A stretch of DNA of 64,000 bases from Schizochytrium sp. TIO01 (taxonomy: Eukaryota > Protista > Bigyra: Labyrinthulomycetes), in contig SMSO01000035.1 of assembly GCA_004764695.1 (NCBI GenBank), positions 868,001 to 932,000 of the forward strand, read 5' to 3'. The notes below the pieces were generated by a model, which was given only the letters and a program-made list of their open reading frames with translations, was not told the DNA's origin and made no database searches. Every line of letters starts with the position of its first letter. Within the stretch, counting starts at the first letter, position 1. The position numbers were made by a program, and so were the translations under genes. Below are positions 45,620 to 57,333 of this stretch, one piece after another.

Positions 45620-47599
45620 ATGACAGACATGACTGACCAAGCGAGCGAGGTAGAGGGGGATTCGTCATCGCCTTCGTCATTGCCTCCATTAATACTACCG
45701 TCAGATATAGAGACAGCATTGCCAACATTAACGGTGATAGAAATGAATTCCCCAAGTTCTCCGGAGCCAAATCAGCCTTCTCCACCTCGAGTTCCAGAAC
45801 GAAGCTATCTTAAGGACTGGGACCGCGATGGTAATGGCAAGCTACGACCAAAAGTACCTCCTCGGCCAACCTTTCGGGAAAAGTTTGAGAGCGTGGTACA
45901 TGTGAGTATTCCAGGCACCAGTATTAAAGTTGACCTCCACGACAAAGTACAAAGACCTTTTGCAACTTACTATATTCAAGTAGAATGCCAAAACGGCTGT
46001 GGCTGGACTGTGCAGCGACGTTTTCGTGAGCTACGAAGGTTTGCTCTTAATATTCGAAAGATCAAACAAAGTGGCATCCAGAACTCTAAACGATTTCCGA
46101 GCCGCTTTACCCGGAGACCAGCCCTTTCGAGTGTATTGATCGAGTACAGGCGACAAACAATTGAAACCTTTATTCAATCTTGTATTGAGAGCACGCGGCG
46201 TCGTTCTGCAACAGAAAACTGGCGAGCAGTAGGTCAGGAACTAATGCAACTTTTGTCCATAGAGCAAAATTATTGTTCACATATAGATACTGTAAGGCGG
46301 TCAAGGTTGCTTCAAGGAAGTTTCCAAGTTCAAAGTACACCTTCAGGCCTTTTATCTAATACCAATGAACGGACTTTAAGAGCACAAGCTCTCATGAAAC
46401 ATGTCCTAGCGGGGCAACCACATATTGTCCAACTGCCTTCCGAGCAATCCACACGAAGAAGACAGCTTTCTGCACAACTGAAGTCACTGTCAGGTCAAAC
46501 TCCTGCAGAATGTATTTGTTTGGAACTTAGCGAGTTAGTTGCCTTACAGCAAGCTCAGGTCGATCGATTTGCTACACGTATGCTTTCATTGTATCCTTCG
46601 AAACTATTTATTTCTTCGCTGAGTCTCGACACAAAGCATCAGGAACAACCGAGCAGTGGGGGCACCTCGCGAAGTTTGGTTGGACATCTTTTTCGTCGAA
46701 GTGGTACCTATACCATGAAAAATGCTAACGACAATCGATCTGAAGAGTTCATGCAGCGTGTACACCGATTTCTCACGAGGCTCTCCTGGAAACTTGTTGA
46801 TGGAAACCCTGACACCATTATTAGAGGTAAAAACGCCGGGTTTGATCTTGAATTTTGTTTCGATATGTCGCATCGACTTTTTGAGGCAGCCTTGTTAGAG
46901 CGCCACCAAGAAGTTGCGGAGCGTTTGCGTCTTGCAGCTTTGTGCTGCGATAATATTGCTGAATCTGATCAAAATATCCAACAAAAGCTAGACGAACTTC
47001 AAGCATTGTATCGAGGACGCGGAGTTCCACCGGCGCTTTTTGGTGCTAAAGTACATCCTCAATTTAATCCTGGTGCACCAACCAAACATCAACCAGGTGT
47101 TGATTTTGCTTGGGGCTGGGAAGAAGCTGTACTTACTATAAATCAGCTTCTTGAAGCAAGCTGGAGTCTTCCGAGTAGTCAAGTGGAAAAGATTATGGAA
47201 TGCGTATCTTTGATTTATAAAGGAATAGCTAGCGCTGAAGATGATCAAGGAACTGTTTTCCATACTGAAAAATCTTTTGCTAAATTGGACCGTGAGACCA
47301 AAATTGGAAATGTTAACAGTGATGAAGAGGAGGAACATAATGAAGATGGTAGCGAGAGTGAAGAAAAGTCATCCATGAGCTCAGATACCGAGAGCTACAC
47401 AAATCCGAAAGCACTCGGCGCCGACGACCTTGTACCTGTGTTCTTCTATGTTTTGGCCTGTTCTCGGCTTCGTCAGCCATGTATGATGCACAAGTTCATG
47501 TCATCTCTAGCGAGCGATTCCCTTTTGGATACTGAAGCAAAATATTGGCTGACTGTTTTTGAAAGTGGATTACACTTTCTTGGCCATGCAGAACTCTAA
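45620..47599 (+). CDS. PX domain + VPS9 domain protein (putative Rab5-family GEF)
   Basis: PX: ATYYIQV...WTVQRRFRELR...FPSR...RRQTIETFI. VPS9: LGADDLVPVFFYVL and EAKYWLTVFESGLHFL. First ATG at 45620, alternative at 45629. Confidence 0.9.
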   Translation: MTDMTDQASEVEGDSSSPSSLPPLILPSDIETALPTLTVIEMNSPSSPEPNQPSPPRVPERSYLKDWDRDGNGKLRPKVPPRPTFREKFESVVHVSIPGTSIKVDLHDKVQRPFATYYIQVECQNGCGWTVQRRFRELRRFALNIRKIKQSGIQNSKRFPSRFTRRPALSSVLIEYRRQTIETFIQSCIESTRRRSATENWRAVGQELMQLLSIEQNYCSHIDTVRRSRLLQGSFQVQSTPSGLLSNTNERTLRAQALMKHVLAGQPHIVQLPSEQSTRRRQLSAQLKSLSGQTPAECICLELSELVALQQAQVDRFATRMLSLYPSKLFISSLSLDTKHQEQPSSGGTSRSLVGHLFRRSGTYTMKNANDNRSEEFMQRVHRFLTRLSWKLVDGNPDTIIRGKNAGFDLEFCFDMSHRLFEAALLERHQEVAERLRLAALCCDNIAESDQNIQQKLDELQALYRGRGVPPALFGAKVHPQFNPGAPTKHQPGVDFAWGWEEAVLTINQLLEASWSLPSSQVEKIMECVSLIYKGIASAEDDQGTVFHTEKSFAKLDRETKIGNVNSDEEEEHNEDGSESEEKSSMSSDTESYTNPKALGADDLVPVFFYVLACSRLRQPCMMHKFMSSLASDSLLDTEAKYWLTVFESGLHFLGHAEL

Positions 47600-48438
47600 C
47601 AAGGAGAAAGTTACCTCTGAGTTAAGTAACAAGGACATTCATAGATTGAGTGAGGAAACTGAACATACTTTTCTTGCATAGTCTTTATAGCTGTGACAGT
47701 TGTGCCGGAAGGATGAGGCAGAACTGAGATTTTGCATACCCGACCTCCGTCACATCCTCTCTTTCATAATTCACAACCTGCTGGCAACTGTCTCAATCAG
47801 CTCAGCGTTGTTTCTAACAGTATTGAACTTTTGCATGCAAGATAAACAAAATTATGTGCTGAATATGGCCTTTCCTTCGTCGCTTTTGCATAATTGGATG
47901 AACAACTCCCAAAGAGTAATATAGAATATTCTGTCTTGTTGTATTACTGTTGTTGGCAAAACTAGGAGCACTCGTAAGGCGAAAAGGAATGTAGGTCCTC
48001 TTCCCCACTATTCCTTTCGTTGCGTTTACTTGAATCACTTTGGATGGATCTAAGGTTTATTGATGTGCAAATTATATATTATTAGTCTTAAATTCAATAT
48101 CCTTCTATTGTTTTGGTCTTCCTGAGATACTCCGAGTCCTCAATAACACGAGGAGGCGATGTAGTCAGAGTACCTACTAGCACTACCATGGTAATTTGAT
48201 AGTTCTGCTTTTTAAAAATAAAAAGGAAAGTAGTACGTATGGCAAACTCTAGCTAGTGCTATCATGTGTTCTACACGGAGAAAAACGTTGAGAAGTTCTT
48301 AATTAAAAAAAAAGTTTCAAGAGCCGTGACTTCGTTTGCTACGAACAAACACGCTTCGAACTTGATCTGTATGTGTGGCACATCGAAGCTTGCTGGAAGC
48401 GCTATAGCGTTGAGGGTACATATACAGCAAGAGGAGAC

Positions 48439-50479
48439 ATGGAAGCCGAAAGACTCAAAGAAAGCGGTAACAAAGCGTTTCAGCAAGAAGACTTTGTCGA
48501 GGCACTCAGCCTCTACTCACAAGGTATCGATGAACTGGATCGCGCACTTAGCGCTGGAGACATAACATCTACAAGCTCTCAAGAAGATGAATCTACAAGT
48601 GTAGACGTAAGAAGGGTACGTTGAAAGGTTGGCGGTAGAAACAATAATTCAGTGTTTTGTAATTCTAGAGACTCTTACTAATCGGTATAAACAAAATATT
48701 GTGCATGACTATGATGAATACAGCTTCGTTGTGCGTTGCTGACAAATCGGGCGAACACGAGGTTTCTCCAAGGAGACATGGAAGGTTCTATCAAAGATGC
48801 TGATGCGGCTTTACAGGTTGATCCATGTTGGGCCAAAGTAAGTTGTAGATACATTATTTTATGTGGGTTGTGACCAACAACAATCTCGTCACTGACGTAT
48901 TGAGTCCTGGAATAACCTTGAATCTCCCCCTTTCTTGAAGGCTCACTTTCGGAAGGGCCAAGCGTTCTTACGGCTTAGACAATTTGATCATGCAATAGAA
49001 ACGTTTGAGGCTGCTTTGGCAAATGGGGCAGACCAAAAAACATTTACGCCTCTCCTCAAAAAAGCGAAGCAAAGCGTTCAATCTACTAAAGCCAATAAAA
49101 AAGGTAGTTCCCGCATGCCACAGCTTTACCCAGACCGCCCCAATGGATTTAATACCAAAGAAGAAAGCGAGAATAATCGAGCAAAGGCAAATTTGGATAA
49201 GCTTCAAGAGCTACTCCGCAGTGGAGTACGTGAAAAGGATGGACTATTGGACGGTCTCTTTGCGAGGATGCAAAACCCAGAGCATTTCCGTCAGATTGTG
49301 TATCGAAATGCTCAACTTCCGACCGAAGTTACTGCCCGAATGCCAAAAAGCTTTCAAGAGTTAATCGCTAATCAAGATTATTTCAATGCACTGGTGAAAC
49401 TCTTTCCAAGCATCCAAGCAAAAGCTGATTCCGTGTTGAGTAACGTTAAAGCAAAAGCTGCTAAGGAAGGGCAATTTATGGATGAAGCAACCGAACGCAT
49501 GCTGAAACCACAAGTTCTTAACGAGGCATTTGCGCACAAAATTGTCGATATGATCCATGAAGTGAATAGGCAACAAAATGCGCTTCTCTCTCAAGTCGAA
49601 CCTCTCGAAGCCTCAGCCTCGGCCGAAGAAGCGTTTTTGGAACAAATTCAAGCCCAGGCCATTCAGGGTTTACAAGAAGATACAAAACAGTTTGGAGTGC
49701 TCGATAGTATACTTGGTAGAGGTGAAGCAGAAGAAAGTAGTGAATGGGTATCACTGATACGCGCGGATGTAGCAGATCTGTTTTCCTCAGGCTACTTTGA
49801 GCCACGCGATGTGGCCGATTTATCCAAGTCAGAGCTTGCTCAAGCAGGGACTGCGCGCACATCAGAGGGCTACCAAGGACCTTGGTCATGCTGGGTAAAC
49901 CAGGAGCAGCTTGAGGAGAATTATCAAGCTCTATGCGAGGTTGTACAGAAGTTGCAAAAACTTCCTTTCGAGCTCAATCGGAAGGCTCCTCACCTTCACC
50001 TTCGCAGGCCATTGGCGAGCCGAGTTCTAATTTATATCATTGGTGATCCTGAAGATCTGGTAGCCGAGGCTGAGGAAGGCGAGAATTCTGATGATGATGT
50101 TGAGGTGATTTATACAAAAGCAACTGAAAAGCGGCGCCATAAAGTTTTGCATGGAAACAATGGAAGCTGTGAAGGATTTCACTCAAGGAAAGATGGAGGG
50201 TTTGACACCAGGGACAATGGAATTAAAATTTCAGCTCTCTACATGGCGAATCAGCGCTGGGCAGGTGAACATGGCGGGTGTATTCGCATGAGGCATGGGT
50301 ATGAGCCATTAGGATCAAACACAGAATGGTCGATCGTAGAGCCCGCCCAAGACCGGGCGATTCTCTATCGGAGTCGCACAGTGGAGATTACTATGGATGA
50401 AATATCCGCGGGGTCGCCGCCCCAGGTCTTTGTGCAGGTGTTTTTTAATGGCCCAGCTGACGAAGAACGATTTTATTGA
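48439..50479 (+). CDS. TPR-repeat protein with C-terminal EGLN/prolyl-4-hydroxylase-like 2OG-oxygenase fold, ~609 aa. Exons 48439-48615, 48724-48837, 48941-50479.
   Basis: Phase-0 introns join three TPR motifs: AERLKESGNKAFQQEDF, LLTNRA...DADAALQVDPCWAK and AHFRKGQAF. The C-terminus ISALYMANQRW..EHGGCIR...VEPAQDRAILYRS matches the EGLN-type core. An alternative exon 1 donor exists at 48607. Confidence 0.85.
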
Positions 50480-53082
50480 ATAAACAAAGCATGTATCGCC
50501 ATGCAGACGCATCCTACAGCAACCCATGGACTTAGTCGCTCGCCAATTCTTGCGGCCTTCCACCACAGGCCAAAAACGCCTTGTGTAGCGGAATCACCCA
50601 TTTTGTATGGCCCAACTCGTCTGTGCAGAAATGCGCAGGCGCAGATGAATAGCAACAGAACTGTCAACCAACTCGAGAAGTTAAAGATAGCAGCCTTTGA
50701 ATCACAACCGAATGTTTCGTCATTATCCCATAGTCATGATTATCAATTTAAAATCAATCAAAAGCAACTCGTTAGTCATCGTGACTCGTGTATCCACTGT
50801 TGTAAATACTTAAAGCAGCCCTCAATCTTCGTTCAGAGAAAGTTTCGTCCTGCAAGACGCCGTGAATTCCCGGTTGCACTAGTCTCTGTCTTTCCACAAG
50901 TTCGCTTCACGCTCCGTTATGTTCAAGACGAAGTAGACGTTGCGAGTTGGCGTTGTCATGTTGCCAGCTTGTGCGGAAAGAATCCGCGTAAAGACTTCCC
51001 GCAACGAATTCTGGGCTGTGAAAACAACTTCAAGTGGACCTATCCCCAGGCGTCTTTTCAATGCTTCTACCAGAGCATCAGGCGTAAACTCACCATTGTG
51101 CAGCGCGACCTCCACCGCAGCGGTATTGTTCGTTCCAGACACATCGCGCATATCATCGGTAAATCTCAACACTCACAATAGTAAGTCCGATTTTACCGAA
51201 GTTCTTTCATTTGCTAAGATCGTTATTAGTATTGAGCTTTGAGAAACCCGAACTTTGTTAGACCAAAATTGTCCAACAAATCTCAACAGTGTTATAAAGA
51301 ATATGCTACTCTTTTGTTTTACAATATCGCAAGCTAATCAACACTTCGCGTGTATTTCGACGGCTAGAGGCCAGTCGATCTATGTTTTTGCTTCAATAAA
51401 TTTAAGGGCTGCCTCTAGATTCTAGTAGACAAGGTCACTCTTTCTCCAAACCTGAAAGTCGTGAGTTATAAGTACCGACCTTTTCAGCATGTCTCTCAAC
51501 TCTTTAGACTGTGCACTTCGGCGGCTTCTTCTCGCATTGCACCTGCATTGTTCTGAATTATACTAGTCCTCCCTTTGCCAGACAGGAATATCAAGATCTA
51601 GGTACTCGCGTTTTTGGTATAGCTAGGCAGCGGCACTTTCCTTCGATTTTCCAAATCGAGTCCAGGTACCCTCGCAAGCCAAAAACAAACTTTGTGCGTT
51701 GCTCTTCTTTGGACCAAAACTCTTACTTGCAAACACTGACCCATGAAATGCTTCGTATTGCGTCTAAAATCGTTTCATTTACCGACGAAACATGTTAGAC
51801 AAAGACCAAAATTAGTAAACGTAGAGCTTAGCACCCACCCTTCGATGGATGTCTTAAGAGCGCCATGCTTTGACCCAAGTGTTTGCAGAAGCGGTTTCTA
51901 GTTTCTAGCTCTGACTCTCAGGGTGTCCTATACCAGCACCTTGACAGCATCAGTATTACTATCATCACTATGATACGATGGTATCAAAAAGCTTCGTATC
52001 TTTTAACTTTGCAAAGCACTCGACTTGGCGTTCTCTTCTCATATACCAGCCAAGGGGCTTCCAGAGAAACGAACGTGGTGAAAATCTGATCCTCTGGTCA
52101 GCCGCAACAGCATTGCGACCTGCTGCTTTCAGAATCGGAGTCCCCATATCTTATGAAAAGGAATATATCGTGTGAAGATCCTGGATCGAAGAAGCGACTT
52201 CTGTGATGGTTTTCCAGTATCAGTAATATGGGCTCTGTGAGTGAGCTTGCGTATTATATTATGATACAAGAAATGTATGGCATCGTTGGGGAGGGAAGAA
52301 AGAAATCAAATCGATAACATCAAACCAAAAACTAGCGCGAGTCGCGGCCCGCGAGAACCCGCACGGATCACTGGCCGGCTGTTGGGCTGTCTAGAACTTT
52401 GCTTGGCCATCTTTACTTGGGCGAGCAGTGAGAGCTCTGCGAAAGCCTCTCACTCCACGCGAATCGTCGCTGCGGCGAAGTTTCTTACGCGTCTTTCTTT
52501 TCCTTCTTTTTCCTTTGTTTCTTTCTCTTCCTACATCCGCATTTCCGTCAAAATAAGCTCTCCAACCGAGAACACAACGACATCATAACTCTTCACAGAC
52601 CTTCAAAGACTTGATTTGGGGCCTTTGCGAATTTGTTGTTTTTCTAACTTCGAGAGCTGCCATTTTTACTGCTGCAAAAGGCCTCACATAAGACTTGCGG
52701 TGTGGTGAAGTCTTTGCATTGTTAATTTGTCGTTGACTTTGGAGACTAATAGACGCGCACGTGCCGAGTTTTAGTTTCGTCGCAAGTTACAAGCAGCGCG
52801 CGTAAGAAAACGTTGCAAAACATAATAAGAGGCATATTCATCTAGAAACTTGCAGAACCACCAAAGTCTGGCAGTGCTAGAGCAAGTGAAGGGATTTCTC
52901 CACGCAACCGCGTATTCTCCAGGTTGATTGGAGCAGGCTCTCTCGAAGGATCTGATTCCTGTACCTTGTTCTGCCTCAAGGTGTCGACAGACACTTAAGC
53001 AAACGCAAGCAGATTCTAAGAAGTCTCAGTTGCTTGAATTGGGCGCGTTCCAAGCGGTTGCTTGGTCCAAGCAGTAAGCACA

Positions 53083-53940
53083 ATGGCAATCGGTATGGGT
53101 CAATCTGAAAATTTTCGGGTCTACGTGAGGCGAAACACAAATGAAACTTCTACGCGTAGGATTTATGTTGAAGTGAGTGCTCGTATGAGCTTCAAGAAGT
53201 TTCTCAAAGCTGGTGGCAAGAAACTTGGCATCAAAGCGACTCGTTGTTATGCACCAACGGCCGGTGGTGGCTTCAATGAAATTACCTTCATTGATGAGAT
53301 GCGAAAGGATGATGAGGTTATACTTTCCGAAGGCGAGGCTTTCTTTGGAGATAAATCTGGCCCTGGATCATCTGGTCAAGAAATATTTGTCTCGGTGCTT
53401 GGAGCCGGTGGCGTGGGTAAGAGTGCACTTACTTTGCGCTTTGTCCGTGACTTTTTTGTGCAAGACTGGGACCCGACAATCGAGGATGCATACCGAAAAA
53501 CTGTAGATGTGGATGGCAAGCTTTGCACGCTTTCTGTACTCGATACAGCTGGGCAGGAAGACTTTGAGTCTTTAAGACACCAATGGATGATGGACAAGGA
53601 CGGTTATGTGTTTGTCTATAGTGTTGACAAAAAGCAAACCCTTGATGAGCTTGACCCCTTTTTCAGTTTATACAAGCACATCAACGGAAATGACTTTCAT
53701 GTACCAATTATTCTTGTTGCGAATAAAAAAGATATCACAGATCTCGATCCTAAAAAACGAGAAGTGAGTATTGCAGAGGGACGCAAGAAGGCTGCGGAAT
53801 ATGGCGCTGTTCACGTGGAGACATCTGCTGCTACTGGCGAACGTGTGGCTGATGTTTTTGAACGTCTTATTTTGGAGGTTCGTAAACGTAAAGCGCCCTC
53901 GAAACCCGCTGGCCTGGGCTCCAAGTGCATTATTCTGTGA
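53083..53940 (+). CDS. Ras-family small GTPase with N-terminal KHA/doublecortin-like domain and CaaX box, 285 aa
   Basis: G1 GAGGVGKS, effector WDPTIED, G3 DTAGQE, G4 NKKD, G5 ETSA, and polybasic RKRK followed by CIIL-stop. First ATG at 53083. Confidence 0.95.
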   Translation: MAIGMGQSENFRVYVRRNTNETSTRRIYVEVSARMSFKKFLKAGGKKLGIKATRCYAPTAGGGFNEITFIDEMRKDDEVILSEGEAFFGDKSGPGSSGQEIFVSVLGAGGVGKSALTLRFVRDFFVQDWDPTIEDAYRKTVDVDGKLCTLSVLDTAGQEDFESLRHQWMMDKDGYVFVYSVDKKQTLDELDPFFSLYKHINGNDFHVPIILVANKKDITDLDPKKREVSIAEGRKKAAEYGAVHVETSAATGERVADVFERLILEVRKRKAPSKPAGLGSKCIIL

Positions 53941-54695
53941 ATGATCTTGTTGAGGATATTATCTTTCGTTTTGTTTTGTATTCCCAATTCTCCCATCACA
54001 TCTCGTCGTTTTCTAGAACTAAAAAATATAAACAGTAAAATGGGCAAGAGCACCATACTTTTGATGGTTTGATATCCTCTAAAATAACAAAAGCCTTGGA
54101 TAGTTACAGCTCAAAGTGCAGTGTAGTCCAAATAAAATCTGGAAAAAATCAAGTTTCAATTGTGATCCTTTAGTTATGTTTCCCCATTCAAGATGACAAC
54201 CTAGGTACTAAGCATGTAGGCAATCAACAAGGAGCAAGTCATGTTCTCTTCCTAAGCTTTTAGGCAAAAGTCAAAGATTGGCAACAGAAAATGGCGTTCC
54301 CGGCTAATATGGGCTCTACAAATCTTGGTGTTTTATTTTTGTTATGTCCTTTTGTCAGAATTGATATTAAAAAGAAAATTGCTTCGGTTCTAGAACGTAC
54401 AAGTGACTTGAATTTTGCTTTTAGCTTTGACTTCTTCGCAAAATTCTATTCAGTGCATACATATACACTGCGCAACTGACTCAAGCTTTGGTTGGACCCA
54501 GTCTTCCTCGTGTCCCTCCCTCCGGTCCTACATATACAAAAGCAACACAAATGGTAAGTGTAAGCATTATGATACTCTAAAAGCAATGGAGAAGCGTAGG
54601 AAGGAGCAAACTACTCCAGCTTTCAAAAGCAACCTGCAAAATAGTCTGCATAAGGTAATACAGTTTACAATGACGCAGTGTCGCGTACATTACAA

Positions 54696-57333
54696 TCACC
54701 AGTTATCCCAGTCATCATCACCATCATTAGATTTGCTTGTGGGCTTCGCTGCGATAGGTTTTGCTTTGATCTTATCGCGGCGTTGTGCAATCCGCTGGCG
54801 AGCCTCCTCACGTTTGCGGGCACGATCTTGTGATGTGCTAGAGGCCTCGCTTAAGCTAGGGCTAGGCGTGCGCTGAGATGAGGCTGAGAGGCCAAGTGTG
54901 CGAGCAGAGGCAGTTGAAGGTGCCTTGGGCGCCTTACTTCCTTCCGAAGTCATGTCTCCAAAGAAGTCTCCATTAGAGGGGACTTGAAGTTTCGAAGAGC
55001 TCGCTTGCTTTGTAAAGCTAGATGTGCTTCCAAAGCTACGCAGAGAGCCGGAATTGCTTACGTTAGAGTTTGTAAAGAGCAAATCTTCATCATCCCCATC
55101 ATCACCCCAACCACCAGCGCTTCCACTTCCACCAGCAGTAGCGCCATCATCATCGTTACTGTCATTAAAGAGGTCATCATCATCATCGTCTGCATCATTG
55201 CCCCATCCGCCCATAGAACCAGTGTCAGGGGCAGCTAGTTTACCAGATTTTAGTGAGAGTCCTTTCATCGGGGCGGGGTCGGGTCGCTGTATCTCTGCAC
55301 TCGCTGCTGGTAGAGGAGCAGGTGAGTCAGCCGTGGCTGGTGTTTGCGGACCACTCGAAGCACTTGCCTGAGATCCTGTTCCCCAGCCACGAGACAGAGA
55401 ACCGACCGCCCAGCCCGCCGCCTGTGAAAAGTACCCTGATGCGTTATCCAGAGCAGTAGAAGATCCTAGGCCTGCTGATGCGAGCGATGTTGAGGATCCA
55501 CCTGCTGAAAGGGAAGGCATCATGCTACTACCGATGCCCGCACCAGCTGAGGTGCCCCCGCCCTGTCGGGACTCAACGTCACGTTTCTTGGCTTCCTCTG
55601 ACTCGCGGCGTTGTTCCTCAGCACGCTTGATAGATATGGCTTTAAGATCTGCGACACACTTCTCAACAATTTGAAACGCCATCTCTCGTACATCGGGTGA
55701 TGGGTCAATGAGAGCATACGCCAAAGAGGGAATAACCTTGCCAGCCAGCGAAGATGAGTCTCCTTCGAGATACACCAAACCAGCCTTTAGACCACGGAGG
55801 CCAGACATGCGTGCTGGCACAAAAGGGTCGCGAACAGCCTGCGGAAATGAAGAGAGGATTACCTTCTTCCGGGTCTCTTCATTAAAGTTAGCCAAAAGTT
55901 TGTTCAGGCAGATGAGCGTGTTCGTACGGATTGCTGGCTCCTTATCCTGCTGACTCTGCACAAGGTGACGCAAGAGAGTCTCGTTGAGAGTCTTGGGCGC
56001 AAGTTGGGGTGCCAAGGAGACGACACATTTAATGGTCAACTCACGCAACAAAGGCGCAGCATCCCGGAATCCACTTGCCACTTGCGGGAACAGTTGTTCA
56101 TTGATGATTTTATCATCGATGTATTTAATGAAAGACGAGAGTTTTTGCAGTAGTGCAGCTCGCAAGGCTCGATCTTGCGACCCAAAGAGCTCCACGAGTA
56201 CAGGAACCACCATTCTCTTGACATCCTCTGTCTCATCCATATCTGCTGCTATTTGGAGAAACGGCACTAGCAGCATCGTTGCAAGTGGGCTCACGCGGAG
56301 GGAGCCAGGGGCATTAGACCCTGGAACGCTGGTGCCTGGCGCCCCAGGTTCCGCGTATCGAAACGCACTGCGAAGTGCAGGCAGGATCTTGTACCGATTC
56401 GTATCTTTTGGAAACCGAGGCAGCATCTCCGGAAGTTTTTGAATGAATGGAGCCCTCTCAGCATCTGTCTTGAGTTGAAGCTCCTCTAAAAACGAGAGGG
56501 CCGAAAACATTTCATTGCGAAATAAATACTTGAAACTCGGATGTTTGAGCAACTTCTTGCAATCCGGGCGCTCTCCAGGCGTGTCCGCAGTCATGAGTCG
56601 ATAGACCTTGTGCATCTGCGAAGGAATCTGTCGCAAATTGTCAAACACCGTGATATCGGTCACGGGCCCACTGAAGCACTCGAAGAGCACACGTCCCAGT
56701 GCGAACACATCAACGGGCGCTGGTCCTTCCGCTGTGGAGTTCATGAAGCTCCACTTATTTGCAAGTCGTTCTGGAGGCTTGTACTTTGCTGCAATAACAT
56801 TCGGGTTTTCGCGGAACAGCCGGTCCGGGCCCGTTGGGTCCATTTCGCCGATGACGAAGAACCCTGCCAGTTTCCAGTCACCTCCGCGCGTCACCATGAT
56901 GCTTTCCAGGGAGATGTTTGCCGTGACAGAGCTTGCAGTCCTCATTAATGAAACCGAGAGCCTGGAGGATCGCGTGAAATCCCCAGCCGACAGCCATTTT
57001 CTTCTTATCTTCAGAGGAGCCCTCCTTGGCGTCAAAATCGCGGAGCCATGATTCAAGTGTGGACACAGCGTCTGTGACGATGAAAATCTCCGTGTCAGAG
57101 TCGAGGCCGTCGCGATAGGTCAGTACATTTGGGTGCCGCAAGGTCTTAATGCGTTTGAAGAAGTTTTCAGCAAGCTCTAAATCCTGCGAGGAGGCGGCCT
57201 TCTTATCAAACTTGAGCACGCTCACTGGCTCGCCAGACTTGCGCTTGCGACCATCGTGTAGCGCCCAGCCGCACGAGAGACCGCAAACGCGATCACCAAC
57301 ATCGTACGGCAGCGAAGAGCTTTTGTTGCCCAT
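54696..57333 (-). CDS. SCYL1: SCY1-like (SCYL1/CEX1 family) pseudokinase with HEAT repeats, ~878 aa, split by a 1-nt frameshift at 56917-56919
   Basis: ORF 57333-56878 gives KTLRHPNVL...CHG. ORF 57056-54696 continues NISLESIMVTRGGDWKLAGF, followed by HEAT motifs LFGSQDRALR, DKEPAIRTNTLICL and RDPFVPAR, and a DDDWDNW end. Removing one A fuses the two ORFs. Confidence 0.9.

Noticed and set aside
50501-51242. ORFs of 226, 97 and 100 aa downstream of the TPR gene
   Set aside because: No motifs, no consistent splice model and no frame with clear codon bias.
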